In this document: in pieces, positions 19,338 to 28,495 of the stretch
How the letters are laid out: the number at the start of each line of letters is the position of its first letter
Position numbering within the stretch: position 1 is the first letter of the stretch
Source of the DNA: Syntrophales bacterium
GTDB lineage: Bacteria; Desulfobacterota; Syntrophia; Syntrophales; UBA2210
DNA length: 64,000 nucleotides
NCBI GenBank assembly: GCA_963662405.2
Contig: CAXXKT010000001.1
Location: forward strand, 2,208,001-2,272,000
Reading direction: 5' to 3'
Made by a program: the position numbers and the translations under genes
Notes under the pieces: model-generated
The model's database searches: none
What the model was told of the DNA's origin: nothing
Seen by the model: the letters and a program-made list of their open reading frames with translations, nothing else

Positions 19338-19593
19338 AGGACTCGCGTGGACTGATGAAGCCTGGAAAGACTACATCTATTGGCAAACTCAAGACAAAAA
19401 AACATTCACGCGTATCAATAGGCTCCTTGATGACATTAAACGAAATAACCCATTTAAAGGTATCGGAAAACCGGAACCTCTAAAAGAAAACCTGAGCGGA
19501 TTGTGGTCCAGAAGGATTGATGATACAAATCGTTTAGTCTCTGCAGTCGATGAAGTATATATTACCGTTATTTCTTGTAGATATCATTATTAA
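19330..19593 (+). CDS. yoeB: YoeB/Txe toxin
   Basis: AWKDYIYWQTQDKK, GIGKPEPLK, WSRRI, C-terminal RYHY. Confidence 0.95.
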   Translation: MNKGLAWTDEAWKDYIYWQTQDKKTFTRINRLLDDIKRNNPFKGIGKPEPLKENLSGLWSRRIDDTNRLVSAVDEVYITVISCRYHY

Positions 19594-19668
19594 AATCGAA
19601 CAATTTGCTACAGGCGACAGCGTAAAAACCACGCTGCCTCTGAGCAACACGTTTGGCAGTAAGATTAT

Positions 19669-20214
19669 ATGAAGATAAGAAATGCATCCGATATTGATAA
19701 GCGAGATATCTCAAGATTGCATATTTTATCAATCAAGAGACTGTGTAGCAAACACTATACCCTTGAGCAGTTGAACGCCTGGACAAGTATTCTTACTCCT
19801 TCTGTTTATGATCAGGCACTCGAAGAAAAGATATTTTTAGTTGCCCATGATTCAAACCAGGATTTAATGGGCTTGGGCATTCTTGATATCCAAAATTCTG
19901 AAATCAGCGCAATCTATATCCACCCAGATGCTGCGGGAAATGGAATTGGGACAGAAATTCTTTGCAAACTTGAAGCAATAGCTCGAAATCATAATGCCGT
20001 TCAAATTACCGTTCATTCCACATTAAATGCAAAAGGCTTTTATCAGAGGCATGGCTATTTCGATCATGGTTTGACCTTTCACCGTTTGCCGAACGGATCA
20101 AAGCTTGAGTGTGTACGAATGTTTAAAGATTTACAAACGGATGTCGAACAACGGGAAAAAGCAGCCGCGCCTCATGCCTGGCGTTCTGCGGCGACGGACA
20201 AGTCGGAGGAATAA
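19669..20214 (+). CDS. GNAT acetyltransferase, reading through a damaged attC
   Basis: IYIHPDAAGNGIG, STLNAKGFYQRHGY. Confidence 0.85.
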   Translation: MKIRNASDIDKRDISRLHILSIKRLCSKHYTLEQLNAWTSILTPSVYDQALEEKIFLVAHDSNQDLMGLGILDIQNSEISAIYIHPDAAGNGIGTEILCKLEAIARNHNAVQITVHSTLNAKGFYQRHGYFDHGLTFHRLPNGSKLECVRMFKDLQTDVEQREKAAAPHAWRSAATDKSEE

Positions 20215-20220
20215 GCTCTT

Positions 20221-20811
20221 ATGGATGAATCAAATGCGTTGAAGATATATACAGACCGGCTTGAATTAGTGGCGGCGACCCTCGACCATGTTCGGGCCGA
20301 ACTGGAATCACCGGAAAGTCTGGCTGCCCAATTGAATGCTGACGTCGGACCCGACTGGCCGCCAGGTGAATACGATCGAGATGCTCAAGAGTTCTTCCGT
20401 GACTGTCTTCAAAAGGGTGGTTCAGCGGTTGTTGGGTGGTACTGCTGGTATGCAATTCGCAATGATGAGCATTCTGTGTTGATTGGATCGGGCGGGTATC
20501 TTGGTCTGCCGTGTGAGAATGGTGAAGTTGAGATAGGTTTTTCAATTGTAAAGAATTGGCAACGTGCTGGTTACGCAACCGAAATGGCCGGAGCCCTTGT
20601 CGCCAATGCACTCGCTGATTCCCGAGTTCAAAAGATCATTGCTCATTCAACACCCCGGAATTTGGCATCGTGCAAGGTGCTTGAAAAGGTCGGATTCAAA
20701 GTCGTTGGCACCGACGAGAAAACGGGGAATATTCGTTTTGAAATTCATCGAAATGGTCTGCCGCATAACAAAACTCATTCAGCCAACGCAAAAGACAGCA
20801 CGGCTGATTAG
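20221..20811 (+). CDS. RimJ/RimL-type GNAT acetyltransferase
   Basis: TDRLEL, EIGFSI...WQRAGYATE, N.AS.KVLEKVGF. Confidence 0.9.
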   Translation: MDESNALKIYTDRLELVAATLDHVRAELESPESLAAQLNADVGPDWPPGEYDRDAQEFFRDCLQKGGSAVVGWYCWYAIRNDEHSVLIGSGGYLGLPCENGEVEIGFSIVKNWQRAGYATEMAGALVANALADSRVQKIIAHSTPRNLASCKVLEKVGFKVVGTDEKTGNIRFEIHRNGLPHNKTHSANAKDSTAD

Positions 20812-20889
20812 CGTCGGTGGGTGTTCACGTCGGCGATAAAAATATGCCAAACAGGAATTTATTGAAAGAAACATCGAAGATGAAGTCAA

Positions 20890-21651
20890 ATGAATAATTG
20901 GTTTACAATAGATCAAATTGACAGAGACACTTTTATCATAAGCGAATATCGCCACTGGGAAGAAACACATTGTTATCTTTTAAATGGCTCTGAAAGCAGT
21001 TTGCTGATTGATACTGGGCTTGGAATCTGTAACATCTATGATGAGGTTATCAGGCTCACTGACAAGCCGGTCACTGCCGTAGCTACTCACATTCACTGGG
21101 ACCATATTGGCGGACATGGATTTTTCCCGGACTTTTACGCGCATGTGGCTGAACTGAACTGGCTTAACGGAGAATTTCCACTGACGATGGAGGAGATTAA
21201 AGGCATGGTCGTTGACCGTTGCGACTTGCCGGAAGGTTATGACGTAGGCAAATATGAGTTCTTTCAGGGTAATCCGACAAGAGTGCTGAAGGATGATGAT
21301 GTAATTGATATAGGGGACCGCCTTGTTCAGATAGTCCATACGCCCGGCCATTCGCCAGGACATATGTGTTTTTGGGAAAGGGAGCGCGGGTATCTTTTTA
21401 CCGGCGACTTGGTTTATAAACACACGCTGTTTGCCTTCTTTCCGTCCACTGACCCGGAGGCGTACCTCAATTCCTTGAAACGGGTATCGGCGTTACCGGT
21501 CAAGCATCTGTTTCCTGCACATCACACGCTGGATATTCAGCCTGAGATTCTGGGCAGAATGCGTGATGCCTTTTGGCAGTTGAAGGCTGAGGATAAATTG
21601 CACCATGGCACTGGCAGGTTTGACTATGGCGACTGGGCAGTATGGCTATAA
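20890..21651 (+). CDS. MBL-fold metallo-hydrolase (cassette)
   Basis: THIHWDHIGG, HTPGHSPGH, TGD, PAH. Confidence 0.92.
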   Translation: MNNWFTIDQIDRDTFIISEYRHWEETHCYLLNGSESSLLIDTGLGICNIYDEVIRLTDKPVTAVATHIHWDHIGGHGFFPDFYAHVAELNWLNGEFPLTMEEIKGMVVDRCDLPEGYDVGKYEFFQGNPTRVLKDDDVIDIGDRLVQIVHTPGHSPGHMCFWERERGYLFTGDLVYKHTLFAFFPSTDPEAYLNSLKRVSALPVKHLFPAHHTLDIQPEILGRMRDAFWQLKAEDKLHHGTGRFDYGDWAVWL

Positions 21652-21949
21652 AAGGAAAGACACCTACGCTAAGCCCGCCGCAAGCAGCGAGGAATGCGCT
21701 CGCTGTTCAATGCACAGCCGAAAGGAAGCATGTATGCGCCCCTATCGATAGAGGAACAATTCGGACCAGATCCGAGCACGGTAGAGCGCACTTCTAACCA
21801 ATCAATTCAGGTGACGGGAAGGGGCTGCGGGGCTCTAATGAGGGAAACACATTGATCCGCGCCTGATATCAGACGTTCGCTATAAAAACATTCTTTGACG
21901 CTGTGATGTTATAGTGCTATAGTCACACAACGTCAGGGGAGGTGATATT

Positions 21950-22183
21950 ATGGGAACAGCGGCAATGCGCGCAACAGTGTACTTAGATCCGGAATTGCAC
22001 AAAGCATTACGGTTGAAAGCGTTAGAAACCACGCAGTCAATCTCGAAACTTGTGAATGATGCCATTAAAAAATCCCTTGCCGAGGACGCTGAAGATATTG
22101 AGGCGTTTGAAGCAAGAGCAAAAGAGCCACTAATCAGCTATGAAGCTATGATCAAGAGGCTTAAAAAAGATGGGCGAATATAA
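21950..22183 (+). CDS. CopG/RHH-type antitoxin
   Basis: RATVYLDPELHKALRLKA...S.LVNDA; upstream of and overlapping a RelE. Confidence 0.8.
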   Translation: MGTAAMRATVYLDPELHKALRLKALETTQSISKLVNDAIKKSLAEDAEDIEAFEARAKEPLISYEAMIKRLKKDGRI

Positions 22184-22427
22184 AATCTTCTTTAAAAAAT
22201 CTGTTGAAAAAGACTTTCACTCCATCCCCAAAAAAGATTTAAAGAAGATTCTCTTACGTATTGAAACACTGGCGAAAGATCCGAGGCCACCGGGCCACGA
22301 GAAGCTATCCGCCCAAGAGAGATATCGTATTCGCCAAGGCACGTACAGAATTATATATTCCATTCAAGATCAAGAGCTTTTGGTATGGGTGGTTAAAGTT
22401 GGGCATCGCAAAGATGTTTATCGCTGA
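22170..22427 (+). CDS. RelE/ParE-family toxin
   Basis: YRIRQGTYRIIYSIQD..L.V.VVKVGHRKDVYR. Confidence 0.92.
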   Translation: MGEYKIFFKKSVEKDFHSIPKKDLKKILLRIETLAKDPRPPGHEKLSAQERYRIRQGTYRIIYSIQDQELLVWVVKVGHRKDVYR

Positions 22428-22466
22428 AGCGAACCTGTCACAAGGGCCGCTCCGGCTCAGCTCGTC

Positions 22467-22607
22467 GTTCAGCGGACGCTCCGCGATAAGACCGCTCCAC
22501 GCCCCCTGAACATGCGGCGGCTGTCCTGAGCTGGTTCTCTCGGCGCGCAGCGCCTCCCGAACCAGCGGATGGACGTGTTCCCTGCGGGGTAAGGTCATCC
22601 GCCGCAT
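22467..22607 (+). repeat. ORF-less mini-cassette, copy 6 (terminal GTT lost)
   Basis: About nine changes relative to copy 3; ends CCGCCGCATG|AAATCC. Confidence 0.93.
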
Positions 22608-22701
22608 GAAATCCTTCCAAGATAAAGAGGTTGAGAAAATATTCGGCAGGCAAATTTCAAAAAAGTTGCCGCAGGATATTCAGCGCAGGGCTCAAGGCTA
22701 A
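22606..22701 (+). pseudogene. HigB-type toxin N-terminal remnant
   Basis: Translates to MKSFQDKEVEKIFGRQISKKLPQDIQRRAQG*, typical of HigB/killer-protein N-termini. Confidence 0.7.
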
Positions 22702-22743
22702 TCGATAGAACGATGGTCTCGAAGGCCCAACGCTGAATACATT

Positions 22744-22803
22744 GTGCAGGGGGCGCTCCACGATAATCCTGCACCATTGCCCTGAACATGTAGCGGCTTT
22801 CCT
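22744..22803 (+). repeat. Decayed, truncated copy 7 of the mini-cassette
   Basis: GTGCAGGGGGCGCTCCACGATAA...CCCTGAACATGTAGCGGCT. Confidence 0.8.
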
Positions 22804-22810
22804 GCTCCGA

Positions 22811-23518
22811 TTATTCAGAGCCGAGTTGCCATTCGGCAATCTCCCGATAGAAGATGTCCAGGGTGTGTGCGGCACTTTCCCCATACAGAAAGCTTTTCGT
22901 GGTCCCGTAGGCGCGCCGGTCCAGTTTCAAGAGGTCTTGAGAAGCCTCCCGCGCCGCGTCGAGCACGTTTCCCCCGGCTTCAATGAGATCATCGACGATG
23001 CCCCGTTCGAAGGCTTCGCGCGGCGTATAGGCCCGGGAGTGGAGCAGGGCCTCTTTCCACCAGCGGGGAGGAATCGATGACCGGCAAATCAGGAGAATCC
23101 AGCTCGGGATAACCATCTTGTTGGCCACTTCGTTGATCTGGATCTTGTAAGGACCGTCGAGGATCATATATCGGTCACAGGCATACGAGAGGATCGCGCC
23201 ACCCGCAACGGCATGCCCTTCATAGGCAGCGACAGTCGGAATGGGAAACTGGAGGACCCGTAACATCGTTGTAGCGAAGGTCTTTTGAAATCTCACCACC
23301 TCCTCGAAAGACTGTGTGGGGAGGAGCTTCAGATCGAGGCCGGCCGAAAAAACACCGGGTCTGCAGGTAAAGATCAGGACACCGGCTTTGTCTGCCAGCG
23401 CACGATCGAGGGATTCGTTCAATTCACTGAAGAATTCCCAATTCATTGCATTCATCTTGCCGTCGTCGAGGGTGATTTGTGCGATTCCGTCTTCAACCGA
23501 GTAGTGCATCTTTTTCAT
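22811..23518 (-). CDS. Enoyl-CoA hydratase/isomerase (crotonase) family protein
   Basis: NAMN, FSAGLDL, GHAVAGG. Confidence 0.9.
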   Translation of the reverse strand: MKKMHYSVEDGIAQITLDDGKMNAMNWEFFSELNESLDRALADKAGVLIFTCRPGVFSAGLDLKLLPTQSFEEVVRFQKTFATTMLRVLQFPIPTVAAYEGHAVAGGAILSYACDRYMILDGPYKIQINEVANKMVIPSWILLICRSSIPPRWWKEALLHSRAYTPREAFERGIVDDLIEAGGNVLDAAREASQDLLKLDRRAYGTTKSFLYGESAAHTLDIFYREIAEWQLGSE

Positions 23519-23940
23519 GATCTCTCCTCATGCGTATAGAATTTATAGTTTTGTATCATCCACACTGCCTCAAGAAAGGTGCCATCGCGTGTTCGGTGCG
23601 GCTTCACCTGATCACTGCCGGGTCAGGGTAAAAACCTCAGTTTCGAAATAAACCATAATCGGGGTCCTTATGTCAAAGTTTTGGTGCTGTCGCTGTTTGT
23701 TAAGGGGGATGAGATATGATCAAGTCTGTTTATAGCTCCACCGCCGGATCATATCCCTTCTTCTCATGAAAATTATGTTTCGCGATTTAACCTACTGATA
23801 TTACGACTAATTTCTTAACATGCCCACACTGTTGGCTCTTTGTCAAGGATAATGATGAAATAACTGTTTATTTTTATGCATTATTTGCCCATTCGATGTA
23901 CTATCTCCTGCTCGGAAATTACTGACTTTGATCTGATCTC

Positions 23941-25626
23941 TCATTTTAATTGAATCAACCCTTTTTTAATCTTCCTGTATATTGTAGATGGGTTGATGTG
24001 AAGGAGTTCAGCGGTCTTTTCGATGTTACCCGATTCCTGATAAGCTCGTTTGATTAGGATTTCTTCGACTTTGTCCACAGCTTGCCTTAGGGGCATCATG
24101 GTGCTGATGCGAATACAATCTTCCTCTTCCGCAGATGATTTCAATCCCAGTTCATTGACCAGATCGTATTCCGGATCACCAACCTCTTCAGAGCCTGCGA
24201 CGACGAGCAATCTTTCGATGACATTTTTCAACTCCCGCACATTGCCGGGCCAGTCGTAATGATAGAGGCGGGGAATCAAGGAATTGGCAATCCTGACGTT
24301 CGTATCGTACTTCAGGTTAAGCGTTTTCAGAAAGAAGCGGATGAGGGGCAGAATATCATCGCGCCTTTCACGCAGGGGCGGAATATGGATCGGGATGACA
24401 CTTAAACGGTAGAAGAGGTCCCGTCTGAATCTCGTCTCATCGGTGAGCTTTTCACGGGAAAGATTGGTTGAGGCAATGATCCTGACATTGGCGGTTATGG
24501 TTTTATTAGAGCCCACCCGCATATATTCATTCTCTTGAATGACACGCAGGAGTTTACTCTGCATGGCAAGGGGGAGTTCGCTGATTTCATCCAGAAAGAG
24601 AGTTCCCCCTTCCGATTTATCAAACAGGCCTTTTCGCCCACCTTTTTTTGATCCCGTGAAAGCCCCCTCCTCGTAACCGAAAAATTCCGACTCCAGAAGT
24701 TCAGAAGGAATGGCCGAACAGTTGACACCGACAAAAGGCCCGGAACTGCGGTTTCCCGACTGGTGGATCGCCTTCGCGACCATCTCCTTCCCCACCCCCG
24801 ACTCTCCCCAGATGAAGGCTGGAGAATCGAATTTGCCTGCCTTGACGGCAATTTGTAGCACCTGCCCCATTTGCTTGCTGGAATAGATTATTCGGTCCCG
24901 CCCGAGCAGAACCTCCAGTGTGTTTAATTGTTTATAATACTGGTTCTTCAACGTCTCTGAACTTGTCAGATCGCTCTCAAGTTGAACCATCCGAGTCACA
25001 TCCCTTCCTGTGTTGATCACCTTCTGGATCTTCCCATGGAGATCGAAAAAGGGAATGCTCTGCCACTGGAGCGTCGTACCCGTATTATAGGTGACTTTCG
25101 TGTTCGTCGACGTTTTCGCCTTCAGGGCATTGAGGGAAGCCGAGTTCGTCAGAGCATGCTCATCAACAAGATCATGAATATTCCTGCCGACCCATTCTTT
25201 GATGTCGACGCCGATGAATTTGGAAAGGATTTTATTAAGCTGCTCCAATACGCCGTCCTGACCCGTAACGGCGATCCCGACATCGATGCAATCCAGAAAG
25301 TTCTCGAATTCCATAATTTTAAGAATATCAGCCGTATCGAACAGGTAGAGATGGCCGTTGTCTCTCTCGTCAAACCCAACGGGAAAGACCGTGATCCGGC
25401 GGGACACATTCCCGATCGGGATGCTTCGAGGTCCCCGAAAGGACTGTTCTGAATCCTGCTTCCCAAACAGAGGATCGATTTCGGAAACAGCACAAATAGA
25501 ATCAAAGCCCGCAAAGCGGAACATTGATGCCGCCACCTCGTTCATCATGAAAATGTGTCCCTGTTCGTCTGTGAGAAGCAACGGGTTGACCAGTCCTTTT
25601 AGAAAATCATTTTCTAGCGTGATCAT
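23941..25626 (-). CDS. Sigma-54-dependent activator (PAS-AAA+-HTH)
   Basis: GESGVGKE, ESEFFGYEEGAFTGS, LFLDEI, WPGNVREL, C-terminal HTH. Confidence 0.95.
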   Translation of the reverse strand: MITLENDFLKGLVNPLLLTDEQGHIFMMNEVAASMFRFAGFDSICAVSEIDPLFGKQDSEQSFRGPRSIPIGNVSRRITVFPVGFDERDNGHLYLFDTADILKIMEFENFLDCIDVGIAVTGQDGVLEQLNKILSKFIGVDIKEWVGRNIHDLVDEHALTNSASLNALKAKTSTNTKVTYNTGTTLQWQSIPFFDLHGKIQKVINTGRDVTRMVQLESDLTSSETLKNQYYKQLNTLEVLLGRDRIIYSSKQMGQVLQIAVKAGKFDSPAFIWGESGVGKEMVAKAIHQSGNRSSGPFVGVNCSAIPSELLESEFFGYEEGAFTGSKKGGRKGLFDKSEGGTLFLDEISELPLAMQSKLLRVIQENEYMRVGSNKTITANVRIIASTNLSREKLTDETRFRRDLFYRLSVIPIHIPPLRERRDDILPLIRFFLKTLNLKYDTNVRIANSLIPRLYHYDWPGNVRELKNVIERLLVVAGSEEVGDPEYDLVNELGLKSSAEEEDCIRISTMMPLRQAVDKVEEILIKRAYQESGNIEKTAELLHINPSTIYRKIKKGLIQLK

Positions 25627-25671
25627 GTACTCCCCTCCGGTTGGATATATAATCCTTCAAAATGTCTGTTT

Positions 25672-25785
25672 TTGCAATATGCAAGACATCCTTGCATATT
25701 GCAAGTGATTTATCGGTCCTTCAGCGCGGTGAGTTACATAAATACAATAGAATCAACATATTAAATAAATGGCATAGCAAATGCA
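25672..25785 (+). promoter_or_regulatory. Sigma-54 promoter with UAS pair and IHF site
   Basis: TTGCAATATGCAA (25672) and TTGCATATTGCAA (25692); IHF consensus AATCAACATATTA (25751); -24/-12 TGGCATAGCAAATGCA (25770). Confidence 0.8.
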
Positions 25786-25835
25786 AATGCAAATGCGAGA
25801 AACAAGATCAACTATATAATGCTAAGGAGAATAAA

Positions 25836-26732
25836 ATGACAATCCGTTTTGATCAACGCGTGGCAATTGTGACTGGCGCAGGAGCGGGACTGGGCAAGAC
25901 CTATGCCTTGGAACTTGCTTCCCGCGGAGCCAAGGTGGTGGTGAACGACCCCGGTCTTCTAACCGACGGGTCTTCGCGCGCGATGAAGGTGGCGGAAGAG
26001 ATCTGTCGACAGGGAGGTCATGCCGTTTCCAACTGCGACAGTGTGGCTGACCGTAAAGCCGCAGAAAAGATCGTCGCCGCAGCCATGGACAACTTCGGTC
26101 GCCTGGACATTCTCATTAACAATGCCGGAATTCTCAGGGACAAGAGTTTTGTTAAAATGCCTCTCGACGATTTCGAAGAAGTGTTGCAGGTCCATCTTCT
26201 CGGAACCGTCTATCTCACAAAAGCGGCTTTACCGTTCATGCAGAATGCAAATTATGGAAAAATCCTTCTCACCACTTCTACGGCCGGTCTTTACGGTAAT
26301 TTCGGGCAGACCAATTACGCCGCGGCAAAACTCGGCCTCGTCGGATTTATGAATGCCCTGAAACTCGAGTGCGCAAAATACAACATCACCGTAAACACCA
26401 TTGCCCCGATCGCCGCAACCGGTATGGCGGGCGGGACTTTCCCGGAGGAAATTTCCGAAAGAATCAAGCCCGAATGGGTTGCGGCCATGGCCCTCTATCT
26501 CGCAAGCGACCAATGTCAGGCCAACGGGAGAATCCTATCCGCCGGGGGAGGATATTATTCGTGCGTGCAAATGAACGAGGGCGGCGGCGTGCGTTTTAAC
26601 GCCGATGCACCCATTACAGCCGAGCAGATTGCCGAGCGGTTCCCCGAAATCATCGACATGGCGGATGCGCGTTATTATGAAAATGCAACTGAAAACGTCC
26701 TGAATATCCTGTCTTCACTGATTGAAAAATGA
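25836..26732 (+). CDS. SDR oxidoreductase (MFE-2-like 3-hydroxyacyl-CoA dehydrogenase)
   Basis: TGAGAGLG, NNAGILRDKSF, GNFGQTNYAAAK. Confidence 0.92.
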   Translation: MTIRFDQRVAIVTGAGAGLGKTYALELASRGAKVVVNDPGLLTDGSSRAMKVAEEICRQGGHAVSNCDSVADRKAAEKIVAAAMDNFGRLDILINNAGILRDKSFVKMPLDDFEEVLQVHLLGTVYLTKAALPFMQNANYGKILLTTSTAGLYGNFGQTNYAAAKLGLVGFMNALKLECAKYNITVNTIAPIAATGMAGGTFPEEISERIKPEWVAAMALYLASDQCQANGRILSAGGGYYSCVQMNEGGGVRFNADAPITAEQIAERFPEIIDMADARYYENATENVLNILSSLIEK

Positions 26733-26783
26733 CGGGACAGCAGGAGCAATTATCATCATCATAAAACAATATCAGGAGGATTT

Positions 26784-28079
26784 ATGAAAGATCGAGTCTA
26801 TATCATCGGCGCCGGCATGACCCCCATCGTTAAACAGGACGGCGGCTCCTTTGAAGACCTCTGCAACATCGCCATTTCCGAAGCCATGGAAGATGCCGGG
26901 TTGAATTATGAGGGCGACAAGGCCGCCATCGGCGGCATCTGGTATGGTAACTGTGCCCAGGGCATGATGACCGGCCAGCACTGTGTCCGCGGTCAGGTAA
27001 TTCTGCGGCGGCTCGGATTTGAATGCATACCCGTTGTCAACGTGGAGAACGCCTGCGCTACGGCCTCCACGGCCCTGAATCAGGCAATTCATTATGTAAT
27101 GACGGGAGCTACCGACCTGGCGCTGGCCCTCGGCATCGAAAAGACGCTTCCCGATCTTAACGCCTTGGATGACCTTCCGGAAATCGTGGCCGCTCTCCCT
27201 TACATGACGCTTTCCTCTTTCTGGATGGGCTCGGAGCAGGACAGGAAAAAACACTATATCGAAAAATGGCGACGGGAGAAATCGGAAGTGCTTGGCATTC
27301 CCTATGAGGAAACGGATGTCGGCAAAGGGCGCAGCCCCTTTATGGACTACTACGCCGTGAAGGCTATGAAGGTCATGAAAAAATATGGCTACACCCAGAA
27401 GCAACTGGCCAAAGTCTGCTCTAAAACCCACCATCACAGCACTATGAACCCCAAAGCCCAGTATCGGAAGGAGATCACCTGGGAAGCCGTCATGGGTGAC
27501 AAACCCATTACGTATCCCCTGACCCGTTCCATGTGTGCCCCCCCGGGAGAAGGGTGTGCCGCGGCCATCATCTGTTCCGAAAAATATCTCAAGGAACACA
27601 AAGGCATCAAGAATCCGATCCAGGTCATGGCTTCGGTCTTGGTCTCCGGCCGTGCAAGGGGGGACTACGATCAGGACATTTCAGGAAGAGGAGCGGAGAT
27701 TGCATTCCGTCTGGCTGGTCTTGAACGCAAAGATATTGACATTCTGGAATTGCATGATGCGACATCCTTCGGTGAAATCTTCCAGACGGCCCAGGCTGGT
27801 TTTTGCACAGCTGAAGCAGCCGGGGACTACTGTTCCTCCGGGGAGACGGCTTTAGGTGGACAGCTGCCGACAAATGTCAGCGGTGGTCTGATATCGAGAG
27901 GCCATCCTGTAGGTTGCACTGGTCTTGCTCAGGCTTACGAACTGGTGACCCAGTTGCGGGGACGCGCCGGTGAGCGGCAGGTAAAAGGAGCGAAGATCGG
28001 CATGCAGATCAATGGCGGTGGTGTGATCGGCGTCGAGGAGGCAGCTCTGGGAGTTCACATTTACCGCAGTGCGGAATGA
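26784..28079 (+). CDS. Thiolase, SCP2-like
   Basis: NVENACATA, ELHDA, SGGLISRGHPVGCTG. Confidence 0.92.
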   Translation: MKDRVYIIGAGMTPIVKQDGGSFEDLCNIAISEAMEDAGLNYEGDKAAIGGIWYGNCAQGMMTGQHCVRGQVILRRLGFECIPVVNVENACATASTALNQAIHYVMTGATDLALALGIEKTLPDLNALDDLPEIVAALPYMTLSSFWMGSEQDRKKHYIEKWRREKSEVLGIPYEETDVGKGRSPFMDYYAVKAMKVMKKYGYTQKQLAKVCSKTHHHSTMNPKAQYRKEITWEAVMGDKPITYPLTRSMCAPPGEGCAAAIICSEKYLKEHKGIKNPIQVMASVLVSGRARGDYDQDISGRGAEIAFRLAGLERKDIDILELHDATSFGEIFQTAQAGFCTAEAAGDYCSSGETALGGQLPTNVSGGLISRGHPVGCTGLAQAYELVTQLRGRAGERQVKGAKIGMQINGGGVIGVEEAALGVHIYRSAE

Positions 28080-28104
28080 AAATGAACCATAGAAGGAGAA
28101 AACC

Positions 28105-28176
28105 ATGGACATAAAAAATCACACGGCAATCGCTACCGAAGGCGCTTCCGGTCTGGGAGCGGTGGCGGTGAGATGA
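28105..28176 (+). pseudogene. SDR dehydrogenase N-terminal remnant
   Basis: RBS AAGGAG then MDIKNHTAIATEGASGLGAVAVR* (decayed TGGASGLG). Confidence 0.6.
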
Positions 28177-28495
28177 ATTATAAAAGACGGAGCGTTGCGC
28201 ATGGCGCCCCAATAATCTTCTGTTCCCGCTGGAAGTTTCCTGCCGCATGCGGGGGCTGCATATACCATTTTGCCGTTGCAAGATATTTCCCGGTCTCGAA
28301 AGCGATCTCATTGGTCGCTGACCGGTTAGGTTGCACCCGTCGGTGTGTGCCTTTGTGATGTCAAAGAAAAAAGTCCACGAAAACAAGGGAATATTCCGAT
28401 TGCGGCAAACAAAATAAAGGGAAAACCGGAAGAGTGCAGAATACTTCCATTGAACAAAACAAAATGAAACATCTTACATCAGAAGGAGGAAAATT

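Larger units (their letters stand above)
6391..22803 (+). other. Integron cassette array (~18 gene cassettes plus 7 ORF-less units)
   Basis: attC-like sites at about 7550-7607, 8399-8455, 10629-10688, 12001-12078, 12498-12617, 13170-13243, 13983-14061, 15731-15797, 16430-16554, 17020-17079, 17671-17749, 18918-18982, 19595-19657, 20143-20189 (degenerate), 20763-20822, 21792-21881, 22428-22473. Cassette starts are complementary to their ends, e.g. GTTGTGTGCC/GGCACACAAC, GTTCGGCT/AGCCGAAC, GTTAGGGCT/AGCCCTAAC. Confidence 0.95.

Noticed and set aside
20890..21651. MBL cassette as a true beta-lactamase
   Set aside because: No signal peptide and only generic MBL-fold motifs; resistance cannot be claimed.
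6391..22803. 140-bp repeats as a CRISPR array
   Set aside because: Units are too long, are separated by kilobase gene cassettes, and there are no cas genes in the window.
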